This document shows, in pieces, positions 1 through 8,877 of a stretch of 64,000 nucleotides of DNA. This stretch comes from a virus (taxonomy: Duplodnaviria; Caudoviricetes). The position numbers and the translations under genes are program-made. The stretch lies in the IMG/VR virus record IMGVR_UViG_3300049595_005065. One strand, written 5' to 3'. The notes beneath the pieces were generated by a model, which searched no databases, was not told where the DNA came from, and saw only the letters and a list, made by a program, of their open reading frames with translations. Positions within the stretch are counted from its first letter, which is position 1. Each line of letters opens with the position of its first letter.

Positions 1-2
1 TC

Positions 3-1031
3 CTGGTCCGTAGCCCGCTCGTGGGCGGCCCAGAAGACGGCGGCGTTTACGCCAAGGACGTCGGTTACCGCGAAAAGGGCCGCCTGCCGCCGATCGGCGA
101 CTATGTCGGCGTCGCCGCGGCCCAGGCTCTCTCTGAACCGGTAACCCAGGCGCAGATCAGCTCGAAGCACTCCGGCGGCGTCGGCGGCGCGGGCTCAATC
201 TCAGGTTTTAAGGCGATCAACGCCCTGGTCCAGGTCCCCAAGAAATACCCCGGCGGCGCCACCCATGCGCAGCTCGACGGCCGCGTCCAGGAGATCCGCG
301 AAGCGCCCCAGGGCGGCCATTACGTCCAGATCGGAGGCCAAGATCACTACGTCCCGGTCGACCAGGAACTCACGGTCAAGAAGGGGCAGGAGATTGAGGC
401 CGGGGACTCCATCACGAGCGGCATGCCCAACCCATCAGAAATTGTCCGGCACAAGGGCATCGGCGAGGGGCGGCGGTACTTTGTCAACGCCATGCGCCAG
501 GTGCTCCAAAATTCAGGAATCTCGCCCCATCGGCGCAACATCGAGCTGCTCTCGCGGGGCTTGGTAAACCACGTCCGCATGACCGACGAGCACGGGGATT
601 ACAACCCGGACGACGTCGTTCCCTACTCGATGCTCGAACGGAGCTGGCAGCCGCGGCAGGGAAGCGTTACGGGCGCCCCCAAAAGTTTGACGGGGCATTA
701 TCTCGAGCGCCCGGTGCTTCACTATTCCATCGGCACAAAAATCGGCAAGAACGTCGCAGGCACGCTCCAAAAGTACGGTATTAACAACGTCGAAGCGCAC
801 CGCGAGCCGCCGCCGTTCCAGCCCGAGATGGTTCGCGGCATGTCGAACATTTCTAACGACCCGGACTGGATGACTCGCATGCTGGGCTCGTACCAGCAAA
901 AGGGGCTGATGGACAGCGTGCACCGCGGCGCAGTGAGCGACACGGCCGGAAGCAGTTTTGTGCCGTCCCTGGCCCGCGGCGAGACGTTCGGTGTGGCCGG
1001 AGCCACGAGCGGATGGCGCCCACAAACGTGA
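3..1031 (+). CDS. rpoC: DNA-directed RNA polymerase beta' subunit, C-terminal part (5'-truncated by window edge), phage-encoded and divergent
   Basis: Frame is open from base 3. LVRSPL...VGVAAAQALSEPVTQAQISSKHSGG matches the beta' VRS...[25 protein letters not shown] trigger-loop region. VKKGQEIEAGDSITSG..P.EIV...G and RRNIELLSRGL match the beta' jaw and KHIEVIVRQM motifs. Confidence 0.9.
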   Translation: MVRSPLVGGPEDGGVYAKDVGYREKGRLPPIGDYVGVAAAQALSEPVTQAQISSKHSGGVGGAGSISGFKAINALVQVPKKYPGGATHAQLDGRVQEIREAPQGGHYVQIGGQDHYVPVDQELTVKKGQEIEAGDSITSGMPNPSEIVRHKGIGEGRRYFVNAMRQVLQNSGISPHRRNIELLSRGLVNHVRMTDEHGDYNPDDVVPYSMLERSWQPRQGSVTGAPKSLTGHYLERPVLHYSIGTKIGKNVAGTLQKYGINNVEAHREPPPFQPEMVRGMSNISNDPDWMTRMLGSYQQKGLMDSVHRGAVSDTAGSSFVPSLARGETFGVAGATSGWRPQT

Positions 1032-1092
1032 TTCTGTAGGATGTAAGAGCTACGACACGGTAAATTATCGCTTACACGTGTCTTATGATTGC

Positions 1093-1108
1093 GCCGCACG
1101 GAGGTGGC
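1093..1108 (+). promoter_or_regulatory. CsrA-type hairpin on the SD of the 1113 gene (GCCGC-ACGGAG-GTGGC)
   Basis: 5-bp stem (one G-U) with an ANGGAN hexaloop that contains the SD GGAGG 1100-1104; GTG start at 1113. Confidence 0.6.
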
Positions 1109-1112
1109 TACT

Positions 1113-3488
1113 GTGTACAACCGGAAGAAGACTGCGTCGTCGACGGCTCACTGGCTCCAGGTCGTCCGTTCTCACAACCGGACCCAGACCAAGCAGGCCG
1201 ATTTTGGCGGCAAGGGCGACTCGACCTCGTTCGAGCAGGCCTTTAGCAACCTGGCGCACGCCTATCTCCGCGACTCGGCGCCGAAGCTTCTCGACCACGA
1301 GATCGGCTTCCAGCTCCTCGACCGGGACCGCGAGAACACCAAGGCCATCGGGGTGTTCGCCTTCAAGGTCGGCTCGAACTGGCTCTACGCGCCCGTGTTC
1401 TTCCTGAACGGCGACCTCAAGGGCCACGAACTCCTGTACATCAAGAACCAGGACATGTTCGTACCGCTCAAGGAAAACTGGATCAACTACCTCGTCAACC
1501 GCAAGCCCAACATCCTGGGCTCTGGCGTCGAGCGGAACATGACCCAGCTGGGCATCCGTCAGCCCGACTTCACCCAGCTCTCCCGCAGCCCGGCAAAGTT
1601 CGGCTCGGCCCGTCCGACGCTCAAGGAGATGATGACGGCAGTCATGCCAGCCTTGGCCAAGACCGCCACGATGAACACGGCGCTGGCGTTTCAGGAGATC
1701 GGCCGAACGCTCGACCTGCCGAGGTTTCTTAAGGAAGCCCGCCTTACGACGATCGACATGCTCGTGAAGACGTTCCAGGACGCCCCGGCGCTGGCCAAGG
1801 CGTTCGACGAGTTCCACGGCCTGGACGTGATCAAGGAGGCCGCTGCTGCTGCCAAGGTGCGTGAGAACGCCCCGAAGATCGCCAGCGTCCTGTCGGAAGC
1901 GCCGGAAAAGAGCCCGGCTGTCGCCGGGCTCAAGATCATCGCCTACACGAAGACGGTGCAGATGAAGCTGCCGCCGGAGACGACCGAGGAGGATCAAGAG
2001 AAGCTGCTGCGCGACGGTGTGCTCATCCTCGACCAGCGCGACCGGGACAACGTCTCGATCCCCTATCACATCCAGGTCGAGAAGAAGCTCTGGAACCCGA
2101 CCAAGAGCGGCCTGTACGACATCCTCGTCAAGCCGGGCAACATCGAGCGGGTCTACATCGCCATGTTCCCGATGGGCGCCGCAAAGCGCTCGGACTTCGT
2201 GACCGTGGTCCGCACCGAGGGGAAGCCCGAGTGGATCAACACCCGCGCCGACCAGGTCTTCTGCATCGCCTGCCCGACCCAGCAGGAAGAGGAAGAGTGG
2301 TTCAACGGCCTGCCCGACGCCGACAGCCTGCCGTCGAGCGGCCGCTACATGCTCGTCAGCCAGCGCGGTGACGCCACCGTACCGGTCCGCGTGATCCGCG
2401 AGTACGGCGAGAGCGAGTTCGGCACGACGAGCTACGAGGTCCACATGGAGGACCACGCGAAGTTTCCGCCCAAGGGCTCGATCGGCCCGTGCGGCTACAG
2501 CGACCCGCTCAACTACGACAAGTGGCGCGACGGCGTGCGGATTCACCTCAACGGCAAGAAGGGTTCCAGCCTGCGCGCGAGCATGGGCGACATCTTCGTG
2601 CCCGAGGGTTTCAAGCTCCTCAAGTGCGCCCCCGGCGAGGATGACGCCGAGACGGCCGAGGACCAGGGCGCCTGCGGCTGCGGCTCGAGCGAGATGCCGC
2701 CGCTGATGCCGGGCAACCTGGCGGACGCCCAGCTCGAACTGATGAGCAAGACGGCCAGCCTCGAGGTCTACCACAACGGCACCGAGGTCGTGATCAATAA
2801 GGAAGCCGCCCGCAGCCCGATCGCGGCCATCGTGACGCTCGTTGAGCATCACGGCTTGCGCGAGGACGCTGCCCGCGAGATTCTCAAGCAGGCGGCCGCC
2901 AAGCGGAAGTTCGCCTGCCAGGTGAAGTACGCCGCTCCTTACGGTCCGCCGATGATGGTGAACCAGGGCCCGACGGCTCCAAGCGACCCGGGCCCGGTGA
3001 TGGGCGGCGAGACGATCATGGGCGCCGACGTGCCGACCCAGATGGGCATCGACATCGGCATGCCGGTGGCAGACATGTCGGCCAGCCTTACGGACCGCCA
3101 GATCTACAACCCGAACACCCGGCTCGACAAGAAGGACGTCCGCAGCGTGCTGCAGGCGGCCCAGTCTGGCCAGAAGGAAGTGTTCGACACGGCAATGATT
3201 GGCAGCATGCTCCGGGCCGTTCGGGACGACTCGATGGTCGATCGTTACATGGGCGATCTGACCAACGGGCTCGACAAGCTCGGCCGCATTCTGTTCATGT
3301 TCTACTGGCACGGCGACCGGTTCGCCGAGCGCTACGGCAAGGCCGACATGCCAGAGCTGGAGGACTCGCTCCGCAACGCCTTCGAGATGCTCGGCGACGT
3401 TATTCTCTTCCTCAAGCAGAAGACCATCGAGCCGTATCCGGAAGAGTCTGGCGCGGACGCCGATCTCTCCAATGTGGCCAGCGCATAA
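1113..3488 (+). CDS. large head-module/virion protein of unknown function (K-x-A-rich)
   Basis: Long ORF with GC3-rich codons, GGAGG SD 8 nt before GTG 1113, first gene of the head cluster. Confidence 0.75.
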   Translation: MYNRKKTASSTAHWLQVVRSHNRTQTKQADFGGKGDSTSFEQAFSNLAHAYLRDSAPKLLDHEIGFQLLDRDRENTKAIGVFAFKVGSNWLYAPVFFLNGDLKGHELLYIKNQDMFVPLKENWINYLVNRKPNILGSGVERNMTQLGIRQPDFTQLSRSPAKFGSARPTLKEMMTAVMPALAKTATMNTALAFQEIGRTLDLPRFLKEARLTTIDMLVKTFQDAPALAKAFDEFHGLDVIKEAAAAAKVRENAPKIASVLSEAPEKSPAVAGLKIIAYTKTVQMKLPPETTEEDQEKLLRDGVLILDQRDRDNVSIPYHIQVEKKLWNPTKSGLYDILVKPGNIERVYIAMFPMGAAKRSDFVTVVRTEGKPEWINTRADQVFCIACPTQQEEEEWFNGLPDADSLPSSGRYMLVSQRGDATVPVRVIREYGESEFGTTSYEVHMEDHAKFPPKGSIGPCGYSDPLNYDKWRDGVRIHLNGKKGSSLRASMGDIFVPEGFKLLKCAPGEDDAETAEDQGACGCGSSEMPPLMPGNLADAQLELMSKTASLEVYHNGTEVVINKEAARSPIAAIVTLVEHHGLREDAAREILKQAAAKRKFACQVKYAAPYGPPMMVNQGPTAPSDPGPVMGGETIMGADVPTQMGIDIGMPVADMSASLTDRQIYNPNTRLDKKDVRSVLQAAQSGQKEVFDTAMIGSMLRAVRDDSMVDRYMGDLTNGLDKLGRILFMFYWHGDRFAERYGKADMPELEDSLRNAFEMLGDVILFLKQKTIEPYPEESGADADLSNVASA

Positions 3489-3497
3489 GGGTGAAAC

Positions 3498-3893
3498 ATG
3501 GCAAGTACGATTTGGTCGGGCGAAACGACGTTTGAAGCTACGAGCGGCTCGCAGGCCGTGGTCCCGATTCGGGTGCCCCACCGCGGCATCATTCGCGGCT
3601 ACAGTTTGACGCAAACCAGCGGCGCCAACGCCGGTGCGGCCGCGGCGCTGTATACCAGCAAGCAGGACACCGCACCCAACAGCGGGCTGCCCGCCGAGGC
3701 GTTCCACATTCTCGACATCACGCTGCCCGCCGCAGCCAAGGTTGACGACCACAGCGCCGAGGTAGCGTACATCAATCGAGACGGCACCCCTACGAACCCG
3801 CAAAGATATCTTTACCTGAAGATCACCCCGGCGGGCACGGGCGCCAAGAACTTCGTGTTCTCGGTGACGATTGAAGTCCCGAAGATGGGCTGA
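3498..3893 (+). CDS. small beta-rich hypothetical (probable virion) protein
   Basis: 131-aa ORF, AAGGGTG upstream, TGATG coupling to the next gene. Confidence 0.7.
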   Translation: MASTIWSGETTFEATSGSQAVVPIRVPHRGIIRGYSLTQTSGANAGAAAALYTSKQDTAPNSGLPAEAFHILDITLPAAAKVDDHSAEVAYINRDGTPTNPQRYLYLKITPAGTGAKNFVFSVTIEVPKMG

Positions 3894-4822
3894 TGCTCCA
3901 AGCACTTCGTGATAACCCGCGCCGCGCGCCGAACTGGCGCTGGCTGCGGGCTGTTCAGATCGACGGCGGCGGCCCCAAGGCCACCCGCGCTATGGACGGC
4001 GAGGAGGGCTTTGCCTGGATCCGCCGCGCGTCACGCATGAAGCGCCGCTACGAAAAGGCGGGCAACCGCCCCGACGCCCTGTACCGGTTGGTCCAATACG
4101 ACCGGGACATGTTCTGGGCGCACTCGCTGTGGCTGGACGACAAGCAGCCCACGCGCTGGGCCATCGAGGCGTGCATCCTGGCGGGAGAAGCCACCGCCGT
4201 GATCGCTGAGCGCCTGGGAACCAGCTCGACGATCATCGAGGCGTATGAAAAGGTGTTCTTCGACGTCCGGGACCGGCTTGAAGAGAAACTTTACATCGTC
4301 AACGTGGTCATGGCGGACGCCGTGACCCGCGGCGTGTCCGAGCGGCAGTACGACCTGCTCTGGAAGCTCTTTGGCTACCACGGCGGACCCCACGTGCTGG
4401 ACGCGGTGATTTCCAAGGTTTCGCCAATCGCCAAGCCGGAGCGGTCGGACGACGTCGGCCAGTTCTTCCAGGACTTCGCCGTGAACACCGTGAAGCACAA
4501 GGCGGCCATCGCGACCCTGACGGTGCCCATTAACACCCACACCCAGCTGGCAATCATTGACAGCTTTGTGCAGTACTCGCAGATCGAGAAAACCAGCGAG
4601 AACGCCGGGAAGGCCCACGCCACGATCGTCGAGAACATTGGCGCCATGCTGGGCGCTTTGCCCTTCAAAATCGGCACCAAACTGGATTCGGCGACCGACA
4701 AAATGTTACCGTATGACAATGGCGCGGCTGAGCTGCGCAACGACGAACTCATGATCGTGGCTGCGGGTGGTAAACTATCTACCCAGCGAGTCATTGAAGA
4801 CCTGCGGTTTCCGGGAGAATAA
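3893..4822 (+). CDS. hypothetical protein
   Basis: 309-aa ORF, start overlaps the previous stop, typical codon bias. Confidence 0.75.
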   Translation: MLQALRDNPRRAPNWRWLRAVQIDGGGPKATRAMDGEEGFAWIRRASRMKRRYEKAGNRPDALYRLVQYDRDMFWAHSLWLDDKQPTRWAIEACILAGEATAVIAERLGTSSTIIEAYEKVFFDVRDRLEEKLYIVNVVMADAVTRGVSERQYDLLWKLFGYHGGPHVLDAVISKVSPIAKPERSDDVGQFFQDFAVNTVKHKAAIATLTVPINTHTQLAIIDSFVQYSQIEKTSENAGKAHATIVENIGAMLGALPFKIGTKLDSATDKMLPYDNGAAELRNDELMIVAAGGKLSTQRVIEDLRFPGE

Positions 4823-4824
4823 CC

Positions 4825-6159
4825 ATGCAGCCCCTGTCCAAGGCCGCCGAGGCCAAGCTGATCGGCGCCATCGAGCGCGCGGCGGCTTATGTGAACGACG
4901 GCATGGCGCCCAATGACGCCATCGTGAAGAGCGCCTCGGAATCGAACGTCCCGTCGGGGCACATCAACCTCATGGTCCACGCCTACAACACGGGCCGGAC
5001 CACGAAGCAGCGCGAGCAGGGCAACGACACGCTGGAGAAGGCGGCCGACTTCCCCCTGGCCGACGCGCAGAGCGTGCTCGACACGCTCTACCCCAAGGCC
5101 GTGAAAACCTCCGCCGAGATTTCACGCGCTCATGTGGTGTCTGCAGAGTACGCAGTCGACCCCGCTGGGATGCTGGCCCGGCGTAAGACCGCTCAGACCA
5201 AGGCGGCGGCCGCAAAGATATCTTTGCCCGAGAAGACGTGGGTTGCTCCGCCGCGTGACGAAGAGGCCGCCGCCCGCCGGGCTGCCTCTGAGAAGCGCGC
5301 CGCAGAGCTGGCCCAGGAAGAGCTGCGCCGCCAGGCCACAGTCGCCTACAGCAAGGCAGCTGCGGCGATGGAGGAGCTCCACGAGTATTTCCGTCATCCG
5401 GGCAATATGAGTTTTCAAGACGCGATGCGCGAGACCGAGCTGCGCTATGGCGAGGACGGCGTGAGCGTGCTCAACAAGCTCGCCGCTGTCTATCCACATT
5501 TGACGAAGCAAGCCGCCACCCAGGACGTGTTTATGGGCGAGTGCCAGCCCTGCAAGCTGGCCGCCGCCGTGCTCAACGCGCTGGAGGCCTACAACGAGGC
5601 GCAGGCGCGGGTGCCTGTGGCGAAGCAGGCTGCGTCAAAAAAAGCTGAACCGGCCGTGGTCACGGGAAGCATCCTGTACAACCCGGCCGACGAGCCGCTG
5701 ACGCTCAAGAGCGCCGCGCCCACTACTGCGCCTGAGCCTTCGCTCATGGCTGCGCCCGCAGCAATTGGACAGCGTATGGTTGGGACGCTGGATTTTTTGG
5801 ACCCAAGAGACCCGAAAGACTTGTCGCAGGGGGCCTACAAGGATCTGACAGACCCCGCACACGCGACGGAACTACAGAACATCCGGGCGCAGGGGGTGCT
5901 TCACGACTTGCTCCTCAATGACCCTGTAATCTCCGGCCACGATCCCCATGACGTCACCCTGGCTTTCAACGAAATCGCCGAAGTGGCGCCGCAGTCGGTG
6001 AGCTCTCCGGCGACGATGCAGGCTTTGCTGCGCAAGCGCCTCGAGGCGGGCGCGATGGCTGACTTTGATGTTGCGCAGTTGGTCAACATGGAAAAGGCCA
6101 AGGCGGAAACGGAAAAGAGTCGCCTGGACGCGCTGAAAACCGAAATGGGCCTTATCTGA
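4825..6159 (+). CDS. Ala-rich helical head-module protein (K-x-A-rich)
   Basis: 444-aa ORF 2 nt after the previous stop; many KAA/KSA/KQA motifs. Confidence 0.75.
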   Translation: MQPLSKAAEAKLIGAIERAAAYVNDGMAPNDAIVKSASESNVPSGHINLMVHAYNTGRTTKQREQGNDTLEKAADFPLADAQSVLDTLYPKAVKTSAEISRAHVVSAEYAVDPAGMLARRKTAQTKAAAAKISLPEKTWVAPPRDEEAAARRAASEKRAAELAQEELRRQATVAYSKAAAAMEELHEYFRHPGNMSFQDAMRETELRYGEDGVSVLNKLAAVYPHLTKQAATQDVFMGECQPCKLAAAVLNALEAYNEAQARVPVAKQAASKKAEPAVVTGSILYNPADEPLTLKSAAPTTAPEPSLMAAPAAIGQRMVGTLDFLDPRDPKDLSQGAYKDLTDPAHATELQNIRAQGVLHDLLLNDPVISGHDPHDVTLAFNEIAEVAPQSVSSPATMQALLRKRLEAGAMADFDVAQLVNMEKAKAETEKSRLDALKTEMGLI

Positions 6160-6170
6160 AAGGGACCGGC

Positions 6171-7370
6171 ATGGACGTCGATAAGCTGAACCAGTGCGCT
6201 GAAGCGCTTGCGATGTGCGCCGTGAAGGGCGAACGCTCTAGTCTGGAAAAGATCGCCGCTGATTACCAGAAGCAGGCGGTCATCGACATGGAAACCTTGA
6301 AGGGCTACATGTCGAACCCGTACGTGCGAAATTCGCTTATCGGCGCTGGCGCTGGCGGCTTGCTCGGCATGCTGCAGCCCAAACGCAAGGGACGCAACGC
6401 GCTCACGTACGGCCTGATCGGCGGCCTTGGCGGTCTCGGCAGCGCGGCGCTGCTCAACCAGTTTGGCGGCAAGGCCCCCGACCAGGCCGCGCCTGGTGCG
6501 GCTCCCGGCGCAGCGCCCGCCGCGGCTCCAGGCGCTGCGCAGCCGACGCTGGAAGAAGCCAAGAAGAACCTCGACGCGGCTGGCGCCAAGGTTCAGAACG
6601 AACAGGCGAATCCGTACCTCTACTCCGGCGGCGGTGCCGTGGGTGGCGGCGTAGCTGGCGTCGGTCTCGGCCGTATGATGGGCGAGGGCGCGGGTGAACT
6701 GGCGTCGCGGGCGCTGGGCCATTTGCGCGGACGGGGTAACGAAATCGGCGCGCTGACGAATGCCACCAATCTGCCTCGTGGCGACCAGGCCGTGGCGCAG
6801 GGCATTCAGCAGCTCCAGGACCGCTTCCGCCGCGCGCCCGGAAACGCGGGCAATGTTGCGTCGTTCGCCGACGACCTGGCCACCTCCCCGAATCCAGGAG
6901 TGCAGGCGGCTGTACAGCGAAATTTGGGCCCCGCCGCCGCAACCCCGATGCAGCCGCAGCAATCCGCGCAGCAGCTGGCGCGCAACGTGGAACGAATCGT
7001 CAATCGCGGGCGTCTACCGATTTTCGGCCGGGCCCAGGCGGCGCGGCAGCTTTCACAGGCGCAGGACTTGATCGAGGCGCAGCGGCTCGCAGCCAATCCG
7101 CCACGTCGAGGCGGCGTCATTCCGCCCACGGCCACCGCCCTAGGCGAACAGCAGATCCTCGACGCGCTGAACAACGCGCGCACCCGCACGCCGGTCATGC
7201 CGCGCTTCTTGCCGCGCGCTGGCGGCGTGCTCGGTGGTCTTGGACTTGGCGCCGCCGGTGCCTATGGCGGTTATCGCGCGGGTGGCGGGTATGCTGATTA
7301 CATCAATAACCCGCTCTTCAAGGCCTACGACCAGGCAGACGCCGCGTACCGCGCTGCTGGCGGAAAGTGA
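6171..7370 (+). CDS. Gly-rich protein with glycine-zipper-like hydrophobic segments, possible ejected/membrane-interacting virion protein
   Basis: LIGAGAGGLLG, GLIGGLGGLGSAALL, GGAVGGGVAGVGLG and GGVLGGLGLGAAGAYGG segments; AAPG repeats. Confidence 0.6.
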   Translation: MDVDKLNQCAEALAMCAVKGERSSLEKIAADYQKQAVIDMETLKGYMSNPYVRNSLIGAGAGGLLGMLQPKRKGRNALTYGLIGGLGGLGSAALLNQFGGKAPDQAAPGAAPGAAPAAAPGAAQPTLEEAKKNLDAAGAKVQNEQANPYLYSGGGAVGGGVAGVGLGRMMGEGAGELASRALGHLRGRGNEIGALTNATNLPRGDQAVAQGIQQLQDRFRRAPGNAGNVASFADDLATSPNPGVQAAVQRNLGPAAATPMQPQQSAQQLARNVERIVNRGRLPIFGRAQAARQLSQAQDLIEAQRLAANPPRRGGVIPPTATALGEQQILDALNNARTRTPVMPRFLPRAGGVLGGLGLGAAGAYGGYRAGGGYADYINNPLFKAYDQADAAYRAAGGK

Positions 7371-7377
7371 TACACCC

Positions 7378-8832
7378 ATGAGCATGATCAAGGTCATCCA
7401 GCCGAACTCGCAGGATTTCAGCGAGCCAGTTGCCTCGCTGATCAAAATTTCCAGCCGGGGCCTGCTGAGCGCCGACCGAGATGCTTTTGTGAAGCGCGCC
7501 GGACACGAGTTCGTCGAAAAGCTCAACCAGGTCAAGTTTGCTTCCGACGAGATCCCGGTCCATCTGATCGCCATCGGCGCCACCGAGGACTACGGCCCGA
7601 ACCGCAACGCGGACGGGTTCACCCGGGAGTGCTGCCGGAAGCACCACCACACGTTTGAGAAGTTCGCGAAGTTTTATCGCGATCATCTCAACAAGGACCC
7701 GGCCAAAAGCTACGGCGTCGTCAAGATCGCCGCCTACAACGAACCGATGAAGCGGATTGAGCTGGTCTGCGCGCTGAACACCTCCAAGGAGGCGGCTGAG
7801 CGCAACGGCGGCCTGATCGCCGACAAGGAGATGGAGAAGCTGGCCCGGGGCGACGACATCGGCGTCTCGATGGCCTGCAAGATTCCCTTCGATGTCTGCA
7901 GCGGCTGCGGCAACAAGGCGCGCACCCGCGCTGAGTATTGTGACTCCGTCGAGAACGGCGGCATGTGCAAGGCAGGCGGCCTGCGGCATAACCTGGGCCG
8001 GGTGCTCGACGACGGCCACATCCTGCACGCCGACAACCCGAACCCTACGTTCTTCGACATTTCCCACGTGTTTCGCCCGGCCGACCGGATTGCCTACATT
8101 TCGGGGCAGCTCAAGGCGGCTAGCGCGGGCGTGCTCTCCGGCGCCGAGCTGGCCGAGCAGATGGGCGTGAGCGCGCCTCCTGGTTTCGACCGAGCCAAAG
8201 CGGCCGTGAATCTGGCCCAGCAGCTCGACGCCCTGGACAAGCTGGCCGCCGCGGAAATTAACCTGGTCAGCAATCCAGCCGGTTGGCGGCAAATTGCGCT
8301 TTCGTCAGCCGAGACCGTCCAGCCACGTATCAACTTCGAGGCGTGCGCTAACGTCAAGTTTGCCGAGGTTCTTCGGGCTCTGGCCGACGCGGGCGTTGTA
8401 CTCCCGGTTCGGGAGTTTCTGTCCCTGACCGTAAAGGCCGCCAGCGAGGACCTTGTCCGCGCGGTCACTAGCGAAATGGACGGGATGTTCAGTAAACTTG
8501 CAAGTGACCCTGATATCGTTAACGCGCTCGAGAACAATGCGTTTTCACCGGCTTCTGCAGCTTCCGCCAAGACGCGGACCTGGGCGGAGAAGGTGGCGCT
8601 GACGCACAGCGTTCGACCGCAAGCCGTGGAGAAGCGCGCCTACCAGGCCGCTCTTCGTGACGTGCGCAACGTCGAGTTCGTTAGAGAAAAAGGGGCGAGC
8701 TCGACAGCGTCGTCGGGTCTTGCGCGTCAGTACGCTTTGTATAAGATTGCGGCCTACGCGTCCCTCAGCGAGAAATATGGAAACTGCTGGTTGACAGCAA
8801 ACCATTGTGTTCTGCAAAATTATGTCACGTGA
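7378..8832 (+). CDS. prohead (capsid maturation) protease, HK97-like fold with a Cys-rich insert
   Basis: GPNRNADGF, YRDH (candidate catalytic His), GVSMAC (candidate catalytic Ser), CSGCGNKA..EYC, and FFDISHVFRPAD resembling the F/L-x-E/D-x-S-x-V-x-x-P-A motif; lies upstream of scaffold and capsid genes. Confidence 0.75.
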   Translation: MSMIKVIQPNSQDFSEPVASLIKISSRGLLSADRDAFVKRAGHEFVEKLNQVKFASDEIPVHLIAIGATEDYGPNRNADGFTRECCRKHHHTFEKFAKFYRDHLNKDPAKSYGVVKIAAYNEPMKRIELVCALNTSKEAAERNGGLIADKEMEKLARGDDIGVSMACKIPFDVCSGCGNKARTRAEYCDSVENGGMCKAGGLRHNLGRVLDDGHILHADNPNPTFFDISHVFRPADRIAYISGQLKAASAGVLSGAELAEQMGVSAPPGFDRAKAAVNLAQQLDALDKLAAAEINLVSNPAGWRQIALSSAETVQPRINFEACANVKFAEVLRALADAGVVLPVREFLSLTVKAASEDLVRAVTSEMDGMFSKLASDPDIVNALENNAFSPASAASAKTRTWAEKVALTHSVRPQAVEKRAYQAALRDVRNVEFVREKGASSTASSGLARQYALYKIAAYASLSEKYGNCWLTANHCVLQNYVT

Positions 8833-8877
8833 ACGGAATCCGCGCGCTAAAGCGTGTGGGGCCTAAAGGAGAAGATC

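Noticed and set aside
1054-1083. Imperfect inverted repeat GACACG-GTAA...TTAC-A-CGTGTC after rpoC
   Set aside because: It could be a terminator or operator, but it is bulged, has no U-tract and is single-copy, so the evidence is too weak to call.
1113-3488. Calling this large first gene the portal or terminase
   Set aside because: No Walker A/B, nuclease or portal motif was recognisable, so it is left as unknown.
1083-3905. Very long minus-strand ORFs (e.g. 1083-3905 940 aa, 8935-10452, 17379-19172, 25357-27288, 33225-34748)
   Set aside because: They are shadow frames of strongly GC3-biased plus-strand genes, with His/Arg/Val/Gly-skewed composition, no SD and no motifs.
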